A stretch of DNA of 64,000 nt from Halodesulfurarchaeum sp. (GCA_034520565.1 JAXHNL010000002.1:1312001-1376000), one strand, 5' to 3'. Counted from the stretch's first letter, positions 32,222-43,426 are shown. Program-made: numbers and translations. Notes: generated from the letters alone by a model not told the origin.

Positions 32222-34606
32222 ATGACGGCCTTCGATCCGACCGCCGAGGGAGGTGGTGCAGTCGCGTCCGAACTCGCCGCCGAGCAGCGCTCCATCTCGA
32301 TTGCCGAGTTCTTCGAGAAGAACAAGCACATGCTGGGCTTCGACAGCGAAGCCCGGGCGCTGGTCACCGCCACGAAGGAGGGGGTAGATAACAGTTTGGA
32401 CGCCGCCGAGGAGGCCGGCTATCTGCCGGATATCTACGTCGAGATCAGGGAAATCGACGATCACTACCGACTGATCATCGAGGACAACGGCCCGGGGATC
32501 ACCGCCGAGGAGTTGCCGAAGGTCTTCGGAAAACTGCTTTACGGGTCGCGGTTTCATAAGCGGGTTCAAAAGCGCGGCCAGCAAGGAATCGGCATTTCAG
32601 CGGCTGTACTGTACGCTCAGCTCACTTCCGGGAAGCCGGTGAAGATCACCTCCCGGACCGAGGGCCAGGACGAGGCCCATTATTTCGAACTCGTCATCGA
32701 CACCGACGACAACGAACCCGAAATCCGGACGGAGTCGACGACCACCTGGGACCGGAGCCACGGCACCCGCATCGAACTCGACATGGAGGCGAACATGCGG
32801 GCCCGCCAACAGCTCCACGATTACATCAAACACACCGCGGTCGTCAACCCGCACGCCCGGATCGAACTCCGCGAACCGAACGCCCATCTCAAGTCCGAAC
32901 GGGCCGAGGGAGCGACCCTGCCGGCGGAAACCGAGGAAATCCGCCCGCATCCACACGGTGTGGAGATCGGCACGCTGCTCAAGATGCTCGCGACGACCGA
33001 TTCCCGAACGATCCGCGGCTTCCTGCAGACCGCGTTCACTCGCGTGGGGCAGAAGACCGCAGACGAGATCATCGCGGCCTTCGGCGACCGCGAGTTCGGT
33101 CGCCAGTTCCGCTGGCACCCGCCCCAGGACCACGAGGACGTGAACCTCGCCCGGGTGGTCGTGGAGGCGGTGACGAACAAGGGACGGGATCTGGAGCGAC
33201 GGTTCGGCGACACGCTCGCCGAGGCGGTTCGCGGGGCCGCCCCGGTGAGCCACGATGAACTCCGCGAACTCGTGGACGGCGTCGCCGACGACCTCGCCGA
33301 GGAATCCGGCCGGGCCTTCGGGAGCACCGTCCGCGCGAAGGTGCAGGAAGCCGCCTGGGGCGCCATCACGAACGATCGCCGGGGCGAGCTCTATCGGACG
33401 GTCGACGAGGTGACCACCAAGCGGAAGGACGACGCGGCGATCGACGCCCTGGCACAGCGACTCGCCGAGCGGATCGCGGACGTCGATCGAGACCAGTTCA
33501 CCAGGAAGGCACTGAGCAAAGCGGTCGACCGGGCTGCCGATCTTACCGAGGAGATGGACGGGGAGACCTTCGGCGAGACGGCCCGGGAGAACATCGTCGA
33601 AGCCCTCTGGGACGGGATGGCCCGGGTCGAGGGCACCCTTCCCAAACCCGGTGCGCTGGCCGAGGATCGGGACGCCGCCAGCAACCTCATCGATGGGATG
33701 GCCTCGGTCGACGTGATGGCCCCGCCCTCGAGCTGTCTCTCCCCGATCACCGCCAAGCAGATCGAGGCCGGACTCCGGAGCGAGTTCGACGCCGAGTTCT
33801 ACACTGCCGCGACTCGCGACGCCGAGGTGCACAGCGGTGATCCGTTCATCGCGGAGGCGGGTATCGCGTACGGTGGGGACATCGAGGACGGCTCGCCGGC
33901 CGAACTCATGCGGTTTGCGAACCGGGTCCCGCTCGTCTACCAGCGCGGGGCCTGTGCGATGACCGACGTGGTCAAGGGAATCAACTGGCGGAACTACGGT
34001 CTCGACCAGCCGGGCGGAAACGGCATTCCACAGGGTCCGGTGGTCATTATGATCCACGTCGCCTCGACGAACGTGCCCTTTACGAGCGAGTCGAAGGACG
34101 CCCTCGCCAACGTTCCGGAGATCGAGGACGAACTCGAACTCGCCCTCCGGGAGGCCGCTCGGGACCTCAAGTCCCACCTCAACAAGCGGGAATCGATGCG
34201 GAAACGCCGCCAGAAGCAGAACGTCATCGCGGACATCCTCCCGACGATGGCCGCGAAGGTTTCCTCGATCACCGAGCGCGAGCCGGTCGACGTGAGCGAT
34301 TCGCTGGCCCGAATTATGAACAACGTCCTCGTCGAGCGCGAGCGGGAGGACGGAACCGTCCGCCTACAGGTCGAGAACCACGGCTCGGCAAACGCCGATC
34401 TCGAGATCACGGAGATCGTCAGCGAGGAGCCCCAGGATCTGTCGGACGGATCGGTGGTCGAAATGGACGGGGAGTACTTCGTCACCTGGAAACCGGTCGT
34501 CGAAGGGGGTGGCGAAGCGACACTCGAATACGAGGTGAGCGGTGACGCCGAGTTCGACGTGCAGGTCTCCGGTATCGAGGAGACGAAACTCACGGTGGAA
34601 CAATGA
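32222..34606 (+). CDS. top6B: DNA topoisomerase VI subunit B
   Basis: [44 protein letters not shown]. Confidence 0.96.
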   Translation: MTAFDPTAEGGGAVASELAAEQRSISIAEFFEKNKHMLGFDSEARALVTATKEGVDNSLDAAEEAGYLPDIYVEIREIDDHYRLIIEDNGPGITAEELPKVFGKLLYGSRFHKRVQKRGQQGIGISAAVLYAQLTSGKPVKITSRTEGQDEAHYFELVIDTDDNEPEIRTESTTTWDRSHGTRIELDMEANMRARQQLHDYIKHTAVVNPHARIELREPNAHLKSERAEGATLPAETEEIRPHPHGVEIGTLLKMLATTDSRTIRGFLQTAFTRVGQKTADEIIAAFGDREFGRQFRWHPPQDHEDVNLARVVVEAVTNKGRDLERRFGDTLAEAVRGAAPVSHDELRELVDGVADDLAEESGRAFGSTVRAKVQEAAWGAITNDRRGELYRTVDEVTTKRKDDAAIDALAQRLAERIADVDRDQFTRKALSKAVDRAADLTEEMDGETFGETARENIVEALWDGMARVEGTLPKPGALAEDRDAASNLIDGMASVDVMAPPSSCLSPITAKQIEAGLRSEFDAEFYTAATRDAEVHSGDPFIAEAGIAYGGDIEDGSPAELMRFANRVPLVYQRGACAMTDVVKGINWRNYGLDQPGGNGIPQGPVVIMIHVASTNVPFTSESKDALANVPEIEDELELALREAARDLKSHLNKRESMRKRRQKQNVIADILPTMAAKVSSITEREPVDVSDSLARIMNNVLVEREREDGTVRLQVENHGSANADLEITEIVSEEPQDLSDGSVVEMDGEYFVTWKPVVEGGGEATLEYEVSGDAEFDVQVSGIEETKLTVEQ

Positions 34607-35685
34607 GCGACGCAGAAGCGAGAGCAAAACTGATCGACCTGGCGGCACAGTTCTACGACCAGTTCGAGCTGGGCGAGATCCCCCACATGGAGGTTCCGAC
34701 CCGCTCGAAGTCCAACATCGTCTTCGACGACGAATCGGGGGTCTGGGTCTACGGCGACCGGACGAGTTCCCGAAGCGCCAATACGGTCCGCGGGGCCCGC
34801 AAACTCCTCAAGGCCGTCTACACGATCGAGTTCTTGGCCGACCAGCTCGATCAGGATCGCTCCTCGACCCTGCGGGAACTCTACTACCTCAGTGAGTCCT
34901 GGGACGAGGAGGAGGCCCAGTTCAACGACCAGAGCCAGTCCGACAACTTGATCGAGGACCTCGAGATCGTCTCGGGGGTCAAGCGGGAGGACTTCCACAT
35001 GCGCCCGGAGGAGTCGGGGGCGACGCTCATGGGCCCGCTGTTCCTCCGCGAGCAAACCCGTCGTGGCGACCGCGAGATTCACTGTCAACAGGACGTCGGG
35101 GAAGGGGGATACCAGATCCCGAACAACCCAGATACGATCGAGTTCCTCGATCACGATGCGGACTTCGTGATGGCCGTGGAGACCGGCGGTATGCGGGACC
35201 GGTTGATCGAGAACGGCTTCGACGACGAGTACAACGCCATCATCGTCCACCTCAAGGGCCAGCCCGCGCGGGCGACCCGCCGCATCACGAAGCGGCTTCA
35301 CGACGACCTCGATCTGCCGGTCACGGTCTTCACTGACGGTGACCCCTGGTCCTACCGGATCTACGGCTCGGTGGCCTACGGCTCGATCAAGAGCGCCCAC
35401 CTCTCGAAGTATCTCGCGACCCCGGAGGCGGACTTCGTGGGCATTCGCCCGGTCGACATCGTCGAGTACGATCTCCCGACCGATCCGCTCGGGGATTCGG
35501 ACGTGAACGCCCTCGAGAGCGAACTCGATGACCCCCGTTTCAGCACGGAGTTCTGGACCGAGCAGATCGAACTCCAGCTCGACATCGGGAAGAAGGCCGA
35601 ACAGCAGGCTCTGGCCTCGCGGGGGCTTGACTTCGTGACCGACACGTACCTGCCCGACCGACTCGAGGAGATGGGCGTCGTCTGA
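34603..35685 (+). CDS. top6A: DNA topoisomerase VI subunit A
   Basis: TLRELYY, VETGG, KGQP..ATR, DGDPW, KAEQQA. Confidence 0.96.
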   Translation: MSDAEARAKLIDLAAQFYDQFELGEIPHMEVPTRSKSNIVFDDESGVWVYGDRTSSRSANTVRGARKLLKAVYTIEFLADQLDQDRSSTLRELYYLSESWDEEEAQFNDQSQSDNLIEDLEIVSGVKREDFHMRPEESGATLMGPLFLREQTRRGDREIHCQQDVGEGGYQIPNNPDTIEFLDHDADFVMAVETGGMRDRLIENGFDDEYNAIIVHLKGQPARATRRITKRLHDDLDLPVTVFTDGDPWSYRIYGSVAYGSIKSAHLSKYLATPEADFVGIRPVDIVEYDLPTDPLGDSDVNALESELDDPRFSTEFWTEQIELQLDIGKKAEQQALASRGLDFVTDTYLPDRLEEMGVV

Positions 35686-35782
35686 AGACGGGTGTTTCCA
35701 AACGGGCGCTAATCACGAGGATCGGACTTTTCATCGACGTGCAGCCGTCGGGTATTTGTGTCCCTCCTCCCAACGGGCGGCC

Positions 35783-37303
35783 ATGTCCGGCCCGGATCTC
35801 GCCAGTGCGGTCGGCGACGTGCTTGCCATCGACCCGACAACCTTCCAGGACCGGGTCCACGAGGAGGCGGCGGTTCTCAAGACGGAACTCGAGGCCGGCA
35901 CCTTCGACAATCCACAGGCGATCGTCGGCCTGGAGTACGAGTTCTACGCGGTGGACGAGTACGGGTCGCTGGCACGGATCCCCCGCAGGCTGCTCGAGTA
36001 CGTCGGCTTCGAGAAGGAACTCGGGCTGCACAATGCCGAGATGCAGACCTTCCCCGATCCGCTGAACGACGCCGGGTTGCAATCCCAGGAGTCGAGTGTC
36101 ATCTCCCGGATCGACGCGGCCGCCCGGCCCATGGACGCCGAAGGGCTCCAGCTCGTCAGCGACGGGCTCTGGACGATACCGCCGACCGGCGAATCGACTC
36201 GGGAGTACCTGACCGACACCGTCGAGCGAGAGGGGATGGTCCTCGCGACGAACATGTCGGATACGCCGCGCTATCACGCGATGGCCAACAGCCCCGTCGA
36301 ACCGGGAATGCGTATCGACGTGCCCCACGCTTCCCTCGAGGCCGAAACCGTGATGCCCGAAAGCCTGATCACGTCGATCCAGCCACATTACCAGGTCCCA
36401 CGGGCGGCCGACCTGCCGGAATACTTCCGCTATGCACTCCGGGTGGCGGGCCCGCTGCTTGCACTCGGGGTCAACTCGCCGTTCCTGCCACCGGACCTCT
36501 ACGACGACGTGGATCCCTACGCGGTTCTTTCGGACGGCTATGCCGAACACCGCATCGACATCTTCGAATCGATGCTCAACGTCCCCGGCCGGGACGGCAA
36601 GGTTCGATTCCCCGAGGACGTTGCGACCGTCGAGGACGCCATCATGGCCATCGCCGAGGACGACGTGCTGGTGCCGATGGCCGTGGAGAAGGGGTGTCGG
36701 TTCGACGACGACTTCGCCCATTTCCGGATGAAACACGGCACGTTCTGGCGCTGGGTTCGCCCCGTGTTCGAGGGCGCCTCGCGAACTGACGCGAATGCAC
36801 GCATCGAATTTCGGCCCATTCCCGCCCAGCCCACCGTTCGGGACAGTATCGCCTTCCAGGCCGCCTTTGCCGGATTGCTCGAACAGCTCCGCCAGCAGGA
36901 GCATCCACTCTTCGAGCTTTCCTGGGCGGCTGCTCGCGAGAACTTCTATGCGGCCATGCGGGAGGGCCTCGACGCCGACCTTACCTACATCACGGCGTCC
37001 GGCGAGGAGCCAGCGGAGCCACCGGACATCTATGCCGACCTCCTCGAACAGGCGCAGGCGGGACTCCGCCGTCGGGGACTGACCGGTGAAACGGCTGCGA
37101 GGTATCTCTGGCCCCTCCGACGGCGGGTTCGGCAAGGTATCACCCCTGCGGAGTGGAAGCGGAACCGAGTCAGAGAGAAGCTTCAGGACGGGGCCGACCT
37201 GACAGTCGCCATCGAGGAGATGCAGGAACACTACTTCGAACTGCAACGCCGGACGCTCCTCGACGGGAGTTTCACCGACTGGTTCGATCCCGGCGGTCCC
37301 TGA
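35783..37303 (+). CDS. Glutamate-cysteine ligase family 2 (carboxylate-amine ligase) fold protein
   Basis: GLEYE, KELG..N.E, TSIQPH.QV, NSPF, HGT.WRW.RP, RIEFR..P.QPT. Confidence 0.7.
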   Translation: MSGPDLASAVGDVLAIDPTTFQDRVHEEAAVLKTELEAGTFDNPQAIVGLEYEFYAVDEYGSLARIPRRLLEYVGFEKELGLHNAEMQTFPDPLNDAGLQSQESSVISRIDAAARPMDAEGLQLVSDGLWTIPPTGESTREYLTDTVEREGMVLATNMSDTPRYHAMANSPVEPGMRIDVPHASLEAETVMPESLITSIQPHYQVPRAADLPEYFRYALRVAGPLLALGVNSPFLPPDLYDDVDPYAVLSDGYAEHRIDIFESMLNVPGRDGKVRFPEDVATVEDAIMAIAEDDVLVPMAVEKGCRFDDDFAHFRMKHGTFWRWVRPVFEGASRTDANARIEFRPIPAQPTVRDSIAFQAAFAGLLEQLRQQEHPLFELSWAAARENFYAAMREGLDADLTYITASGEEPAEPPDIYADLLEQAQAGLRRRGLTGETAARYLWPLRRRVRQGITPAEWKRNRVREKLQDGADLTVAIEEMQEHYFELQRRTLLDGSFTDWFDPGGP

Positions 37304-37333
37304 AAAGCCAGCGTCCCGAAATCCGCGGTCAGC

Positions 37334-38068
37334 CTACAGCACGTCGTCGATGTCCTTGTGGCCGACGATCTCCACGTTCTCGCGGGTGACCTTCGTTACG
37401 TGAATGCCGTTCCCACTTGCCGTGTCACGCTCGCTGGCCGAATCGACGGCCTGGGCTGCAATCGTGACGGCCTCGTCCATGGTGAGGTCGTCGGTATACT
37501 CCTGTTCGAGGACGCCGAGTGCGTAGGGCATGCCGCTTCCCTGCGCGGAATAGTCGTCGGCGAGCGAACTGCCGCTGGGATCCAGACTGTAGACGTGGGC
37601 CCCGTCGTCGTCCATGCCGGCGAGCAGCGGGACGACCATGAAGAAGGGACCGCCGCGGAGGAGATTACTGGCCATCGTCGCGAGCGCGTTGATCGACATG
37701 TATTCGCCCCGGCGGGCCTCGTAGAGACTGGCTTCGGCCCGAAGGGAGCGGATGTAGGACTGGGCGCCGCCGACCGAGCCCGACATCGAGAGGGCGGCGT
37801 TCTGCTGGATCTCCTCGACCTTCTGGACGTCCTTGTTCGAAACGACGCGGCCGCCGAGACTCGCTCGCATGTCCGAGCCCATGACGACGCCATCCGGGGT
37901 CGTGATTCCGACGATGGTCGTGCCGGTTTTGGTCACGTTCTCGAGGTCGGTCTCGCTGACTGGACTTTCCGGGAGCGGGCCGAGCTGGGGCTCGTACGGG
38001 TCGCCGACGTCGAGATTTGGGGTTTCGGCTCCGTCCGGGCGTGGAACCGACTCTTGGGGATCAAACAT
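37334..38068 (-). CDS. psmB: 20S proteasome beta subunit
   Basis: Propeptide followed by KTG/TTIVG (Thr1), D.RAS.G, GSG..A.GVLE, RD.ASG. Confidence 0.95.
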   Translation of the reverse strand: MFDPQESVPRPDGAETPNLDVGDPYEPQLGPLPESPVSETDLENVTKTGTTIVGITTPDGVVMGSDMRASLGGRVVSNKDVQKVEEIQQNAALSMSGSVGGAQSYIRSLRAEASLYEARRGEYMSINALATMASNLLRGGPFFMVVPLLAGMDDDGAHVYSLDPSGSSLADDYSAQGSGMPYALGVLEQEYTDDLTMDEAVTIAAQAVDSASERDTASGNGIHVTKVTRENVEIVGHKDIDDVL

Positions 38069-38165
38069 TACTCCCGTCTATCCCCGGGCGACAGATAAAT
38101 GCACTCTTTCGGGCGGTCCTGCGGGGGAGTCGTCCCGCCGGGTCCTTCCTCGACCCGTCAGTCGT

Positions 38166-38336
38166 TCACTGCGCCCTGGCCTCGTAGGCCGCTTCCGTCC
38201 GTTCGATCAGCCGGTGGACTGGCAGGGTGATGCCGAACTGCCGTGCCAGCAGGGCGACAGGCAGCAGTCCGATCCCGACTGCGAGGGATATTTGGTAGGC
38301 GGTCAGCGTCGCGAGTTTGGTGGCCCGGGCGATCAT
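38166..38336 (-). CDS. Small membrane hypothetical protein
   Basis: MIARATK..YQ..LAVGI.LLPVALL; TATA-like TTATATA on the minus strand about 30 bp upstream. Confidence 0.6.
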   Translation of the reverse strand: MIARATKLATLTAYQISLAVGIGLLPVALLARQFGITLPVHRLIERTEAAYEARAQ

Positions 38337-38630
38337 CAGCGTAGTCTGCCTGTCCACGACGGTGGTATATAAGTATTGCGTCAGACACTCTCGTGTTAAC
38401 CCAACGCCGTCTTCGGGTTTTTCGAAGATCGACTTCGATCGGTCCGCCCGAGCCACATGACGCGAAATCGGATAGCGGTCGAGGACCTCACCCGAAAGTC
38501 TGCCATAACGTATGGGAATCATTCCTCGAAGGAGCGCGTTCCCATCCCGCCGAGGCAGCCGGGGCGCAGACCGGTCCGCCGGGGAATTCCAAACCGCAAA
38601 CCACGTTTTACTGCGTCTCGATGATTCGAT

Positions 38631-38993
38631 ATGGCAAATTTCGTGGTCGCGATGGAAGCGGCATGGTTGGTCCGGGACGTCGAGAACTCCGATGACGCGA
38701 TCGGCGTGGCCGTCAGCGAGGCCGGCAAGCGACTCAACGAGGCGGACCTCGATTACGTCGAGGTCCAGCCGGGCATCACGACCTGTCCGGCCTGTGGCGA
38801 GCCGCTCGACGCCGCCTTCCTGGCTGCGGACACCGCCCTCGTCGGCCTCGAACTCGAAATGACGGTGTTCAACGCCGAAAGCGACGAACACGCCTCCCGC
38901 ATCGCGAAAAGCGAGGTCGGCGGCGCGTTGCGTGACGTCCCGCTCAAGGTGATCGAAGTACTCGAGGAGACAGACGGCGACGAGGAGGAGTGA
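38631..38993 (+). CDS. UPF0212/DUF555 family protein
   Basis: EAAW.V.DV...DDAIGVAVSEAGKRLN, CPACG, EHA.RIAKS..G. Confidence 0.8.
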   Translation: MANFVVAMEAAWLVRDVENSDDAIGVAVSEAGKRLNEADLDYVEVQPGITTCPACGEPLDAAFLAADTALVGLELEMTVFNAESDEHASRIAKSEVGGALRDVPLKVIEVLEETDGDEEE

Positions 38994-39044
38994 TTGCCCC
39001 GCGCGAACACCAATCTTTATAATAACTGTGGGTTATTCACCGGT

Positions 39045-39584
39045 ATGCACCTCCCGACGCCCCAGGACCTGCGGGAGCGCCGGACGGAACTCGATCTGAC
39101 CCAGCGCGAGCTGGCCGACCGCGCCGACGTCTCCCAGCCGCTCATCGCCCGGATCGAGGGCGGGGACGTGGATCCACGGCTCTCGACGTTGCGTCGTATC
39201 GTTGAAGCGCTCGAAGCGGCCGAAAGCGAGGTGATCCGGGCCGAAGGGCTGATGCACGAATCGGTCGTCAGCGTCAGCCCGGACGATCCAGTCTCCCTCG
39301 CGGTCGAGCGCATGCAGGAGGAGGGATACTCCCAGCTTCCGGTCATCGAGGGCGGCGTGCCGGTCGGCTCGATCAGCGATTCGGACGTCATTCACGCCGG
39401 CGAGGAGGTCGGCGAAAAACCGGTCCGGGAGATCATGAGCGAGAGCTTCCCGACGGTCTCACCGGAGGCCGTTCTCGCGGAGATCCGGAGTCTTCTCGAA
39501 TACTACAAGGCAGTGATGGTCACCAAAGACGGGACGACCGTCGGGATCATCACGCAGGCGGACGTCGCTGCGCGAGTCAGCTAG
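39045..39584 (+). CDS. XRE-HTH plus CBS-domain regulator
   Basis: LTQRELA..ADVSQPLIARIE.G..DPRLSTL followed by a CBS pair. Confidence 0.88.
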   Translation: MHLPTPQDLRERRTELDLTQRELADRADVSQPLIARIEGGDVDPRLSTLRRIVEALEAAESEVIRAEGLMHESVVSVSPDDPVSLAVERMQEEGYSQLPVIEGGVPVGSISDSDVIHAGEEVGEKPVREIMSESFPTVSPEAVLAEIRSLLEYYKAVMVTKDGTTVGIITQADVAARVS

Positions 39585-39607
39585 GGAATCGACTGCGGTT
39601 TCGCTGC

Positions 39608-40594
39608 CTATTCGTCCGGCTCGAGTTCCAGCCCGCGGATCCGAACCGCAGCTCCGTTGGAAACCTCGCCGATGACCGTCCCATCAGTCTCCTCGACGAA
39701 CGCCTCACTCTCTGCGGGATCGATGGCGACGACGAAGCCGGTGCCCATGTTGAAGGTGCGGTACATCTCCCGGTCGGAGACCGCTCCAGCTGACTGGATG
39801 AACTCGAAAACCGGCTGGATCGGATGCGGGTCGGTGATCTCGTACTCGAACTCGCCCATGCGGAAGAGGTTCGTCCAGCCCCCGCCGGTCACGTGGGCGG
39901 CCGCGTGGACCTCGTGGGCGTGGAGCGCGTCGAGGAGGTAGGTGTAGATCCGGGTCGGTTCGAGGAGTGCCTCGCCGATCGAGCGATCGGCTCCCGGCAG
40001 CGGATCATCGTAGCTGTGCTCGCTCGTCGTGGCTTTCCGGGCCAGCGTGAGACCGTTGGAGTGCACGCCACTTGATGGAATCCCGACGAGTACGTCCCCC
40101 GTCTCCGCTTCGCCCTCCAGCAACTGCTCCTCGGTCGCCAGCCCGGCTGCGGCGCCGGCCAGGTCGAACCCCGTGATGACCTCCGGCAGCACGGCGGTTT
40201 CACCGCCGACGAGACTCACGCCGGCGCGGTTGGCGCCGTCCGCCAGCCCGGCGCCGATTTCCTCGCTCATGGCCTCGCTCGGCTCCTCGACGGCCAGATA
40301 ATCGACGAAGGCGATGGGGGTGACCCCGGCGGCGACGAGGTCGTTCACGTTCATCGCGATGCAGTCGATCCCGATGGACGAATAGTCCTCGACCGCCTCG
40401 GCGACGAGCAGTTTGGTTCCCACGCCGTCCGTGGTCATCGCGAGATAGCGGTCGCCGATGTCGATCAGCCCCGCGTAGGCGGTGGTGTCCTCGACGTCGC
40501 TCATGGCGCCGACCAGCGCGCCAACTGCGGCATCGCTCTCCTCGATGTCGACGCCGGCGTCGGCGTAGGTCAGTCCGTCCTCCTCTTCGGTCAT
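39608..40594 (-). CDS. purM: Phosphoribosylformylglycinamidine cyclo-ligase
   Basis: Y..AGVDI, DGVGTK, GGETA, SSG.HSNG, HVTGGG, TFNMG. Confidence 0.95.
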   Translation of the reverse strand: MTEEEDGLTYADAGVDIEESDAAVGALVGAMSDVEDTTAYAGLIDIGDRYLAMTTDGVGTKLLVAEAVEDYSSIGIDCIAMNVNDLVAAGVTPIAFVDYLAVEEPSEAMSEEIGAGLADGANRAGVSLVGGETAVLPEVITGFDLAGAAAGLATEEQLLEGEAETGDVLVGIPSSGVHSNGLTLARKATTSEHSYDDPLPGADRSIGEALLEPTRIYTYLLDALHAHEVHAAAHVTGGGWTNLFRMGEFEYEITDPHPIQPVFEFIQSAGAVSDREMYRTFNMGTGFVVAIDPAESEAFVEETDGTVIGEVSNGAAVRIRGLELEPDE

Positions 40595-40715
40595 GCAGGT
40601 ATCGGCGTGGGGGGCGGCGAAAAGCCCTGCGGTCCACTGGCCAACTCGATTTACCCGACGATGGCCGGATTTGAAGCGATTTGTTTCGAAGTGTTTCTGA
40701 ACGTGTTTCGTCGTG

Positions 40716-41063
40716 TTAGGGACCTGTAAAGAGGCTCAATAGCCCCTTCTTTACCAGTTTTTCACCTTCTGCTGTCAGGGTACCGTGAGCTCTGCCGGCT
40801 TCGATTGTGCTTGGCGGGATCGTGTACAATGACCACGGGAGTAGCACCGTCGGTTTCCCGAAGTTGATTCCAGTGAGATGAGACTCTTCGAGTTGCGGTG
40901 TATAGTGGTCGTATTTATCGGGCTCAGTTCCAAGACTCATGATCGTACATTCGACTGAGTTATACGGTCGATTTTCATGGGCGAGGACTATCACCGGTCG
41001 TGTTTCGTGCGCTCCTGTCGGGTCGACGGCCCATGCAACCGTTCCGGACGGATATTTCGCCAT
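40716..41063 (-). CDS. PemK/MazF-like putative toxin
   Basis: G.VAW..DP......RPVIVL.....P pattern; coupled to the upstream wHTH gene; lower GC. Confidence 0.6.
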   Translation of the reverse strand: MAKYPSGTVAWAVDPTGAHETRPVIVLAHENRPYNSVECTIMSLGTEPDKYDHYTPQLEESHLTGINFGKPTVLLPWSLYTIPPSTIEAGRAHGTLTAEGEKLVKKGLLSLFTGP

Positions 41064-41452
41064 TACTCGAGATCCGATTCTATGGATTTCACTTCAGCCT
41101 CGAGTGCGGATTCGTCGATGGTGGCTTGGCCACTCGCATCCTCGGTCGTAGTGGTTGGGGGCCGGTCAAAGAGCCGTTCTAACTGGTCGAGACTTCCGAC
41201 GTATCGACGGAGGTCTTCACGGTGATCAATCGCGTGGTAGTAGCTATTGTCCGTTTTTTCGATATACCCTTGCTCACACAGTCGCTTCACCGTTGTCGTC
41301 GCCGTTCCCCGGGGGATATCTAATGCCTCGCTGATTTCCGCAGGCCGAAATCCGAGTTTTGGATTCGTATACAGCATTACCACGATATCCGATTTCGTGG
41401 TACCGGGGGTTAGATTGACATCGGAATCGTGGCTCTCGAGATGGATCGGCAT
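41063..41452 (-). CDS. Winged-HTH (MarR-like) putative antitoxin
   Basis: G..K..I...LY..P..GF.P.EI...L.I..GT..T...RL...G. Confidence 0.7.
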   Translation of the reverse strand: MPIHLESHDSDVNLTPGTTKSDIVVMLYTNPKLGFRPAEISEALDIPRGTATTTVKRLCEQGYIEKTDNSYYHAIDHREDLRRYVGSLDQLERLFDRPPTTTTEDASGQATIDESALEAEVKSIESDLE

Positions 41453-41546
41453 GTTACAATTGAATGTAGTCGATTGTAGCTATATGTAGGTTGCGGCACC
41501 ACCTTTCCACCGCACAATACCGCATGGGACATTTCGGGTTGGTAGT

Positions 41547-42134
41547 TTACCAGAAAAGCACCCAGACCGTCAGCAGGACGCTCGGCACGAAGGTCGCCAC
41601 GTAGACCGGGATACTCCAGTCCTTGACAGTCGCCCCGTCCAGAGCCCCGATCGGCAGGAGATTGAACGCGGCGAGGAAGAGGTTGATCGTCACCCCACGA
41701 GAGCCCAGAAACGGAGCGACGGCCATGACTGGAACGAAGACCGCCGCCAGGGCGAGATTCGTCACCGGGCCGGCCAGGGCGATTAGCCCGTGTTGTCGGT
41801 CGGTCAATCGACCGCGGTGAAAGACCGCACCGGGGGCCGCGAAGACGAACCCAGCTAATCCACCTACGATCGCGAACGCCAGCATCTTGTAATCCGCGAC
41901 GAAGCGGGCGTACTGCCCGAATCGAACTGCCACGACCTTGTGAGCGAGTTCGTGAAGCAGGAAGCCGACGCCGACCGTGAGCAGATTGATCACCATCGCC
42001 CCGACGAACGCCGGACTGAGCAGGAAGTCCCCGATGGTCATCGGGGTGACCCGTTCGAAGAAGAAGGCAAAGGCCAGCCCGAGGGCGACCCACGCGAGAA
42101 GCAGGTCCCGGAGCTCGCGTTCGTCGAGTTTCAT
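41547..42134 (-). CDS. M50-like membrane zinc metalloprotease
   Basis: HELAH, AGPVTN, FNLLP...LDG. Confidence 0.88.
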   Translation of the reverse strand: MKLDERELRDLLLAWVALGLAFAFFFERVTPMTIGDFLLSPAFVGAMVINLLTVGVGFLLHELAHKVVAVRFGQYARFVADYKMLAFAIVGGLAGFVFAAPGAVFHRGRLTDRQHGLIALAGPVTNLALAAVFVPVMAVAPFLGSRGVTINLFLAAFNLLPIGALDGATVKDWSIPVYVATFVPSVLLTVWVLFW

Positions 42135-43426
42135 AGCAGGAGCTGGACGACGATGTCCGCGCCGTTCGCGGCCCCCTCGATCATCGCATTCGAGATGGCC
42201 GAGACGCTCTCGAAGTCCTCGCCCATGTGTGGCAGGACGAGGAAGGGAAAGGTGACCGAGGCGATCATGCTGCCGATGTTCGTCACCGCGACGATGACGA
42301 TGAGCTTGAAGAGGCCGACATCGAGCATCTCGGCGACGAGGTCGCGGATCGGTTTCTCATGGTCGTCGAGCAGGTCGTTCAAGCGGCCGATGTCGCTGAC
42401 GTTGATTTTCGTGTGCTGGAGTTCGATGTAGCCAGTGAACCACCCCGGCGCGAGCAGGGGATTGATGCTCGTCATCCAGGCGACGAGCCCGCCGACCCCC
42501 GCCGAGGTCCAGTGGGCCCCCGCGAGTTTCGCGAGCGAGAAGGCGAAGATCCCGTTGAAGAGGAACCACGCGAAAAAGACCGCGAGCAGCGTCGGTTGGC
42601 TGACCCCGGAGAGGGCCAGCAGGACGAAAAAGAGGAGAAAGCCGAGCGTGAGCAGGTAGCCGAATGCCTTGCCGATGGAGAACCGTCTCGTTTTCCGTCC
42701 CTGCAGGGTTTCCATCGCGGGCAGCGTGGCCGGATCCTCGAGGTACGCGAGAATGCCGTCCCGGTGCCCAGCGCCCACCACGGCCACGACGTCGAGTCCC
42801 GCTTCGCGCAATTCGTGGAGGTTGTGCGCGATGTAGGCATCCCGTTCGTCAATCAAGGTTTCGGCGGCCGTGGGGCTGAACTGGCGGAACTCCTCCATCA
42901 TCGCCGAGACGACGTCCGTGTCGGTCAGCTCGTCGAGATCGATCTCTTCGTCCGCCCCGCCGCCGAATCCCGCAAAGGCGAGGAGCAGTTCCCAGAACAG
43001 CCGGAGTTTCTCCCGGAGCCCGATGCTGGCCCAGAACCGCTGGATCGTCACCTGGATGTCCCGGTCGACGAGGGCCACCCCGGCGCCGATCTCCTCGGCC
43101 GTGTCGATCCCGGCTTTCATGTCCGCGCCCGGCTCGACGTCGAACCGGTCGCCGAGGCGCTTCTGGACGTAGGAGAGCAGCCAGTAGGCCAGGAACTGGT
43201 AGGCCGCGCTGCCCCGGAGCAGTTCCTTGGGGTCGATGTCCTCCGGGTCCTCGCCCTGGATCTGCTTGAACCGGTTCTCGTCCAACTCGACGGCGACGAC
43301 GTCCGGCTGTTCTTCCTCGATGACCGACCGGACCTCCGCGGCGCTCTCTTCTGAGACGTGGGCGGTTCCGACGACACGGACGGACCCCTCGCCGTCGCCC
43401 TGCAGTTTGGCGGGGTCCGCACTCAT
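42131..43426 (-). CDS. TraB/PrgY/GumN family protein with C-terminal TM domain
   Basis: VGTAHVS..S, VAVELD..R, LIDERD, VVGAGH. Confidence 0.88.
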   Translation of the reverse strand: MSADPAKLQGDGEGSVRVVGTAHVSEESAAEVRSVIEEEQPDVVAVELDENRFKQIQGEDPEDIDPKELLRGSAAYQFLAYWLLSYVQKRLGDRFDVEPGADMKAGIDTAEEIGAGVALVDRDIQVTIQRFWASIGLREKLRLFWELLLAFAGFGGGADEEIDLDELTDTDVVSAMMEEFRQFSPTAAETLIDERDAYIAHNLHELREAGLDVVAVVGAGHRDGILAYLEDPATLPAMETLQGRKTRRFSIGKAFGYLLTLGFLLFFVLLALSGVSQPTLLAVFFAWFLFNGIFAFSLAKLAGAHWTSAGVGGLVAWMTSINPLLAPGWFTGYIELQHTKINVSDIGRLNDLLDDHEKPIRDLVAEMLDVGLFKLIVIVAVTNIGSMIASVTFPFLVLPHMGEDFESVSAISNAMIEGAANGADIVVQLLL

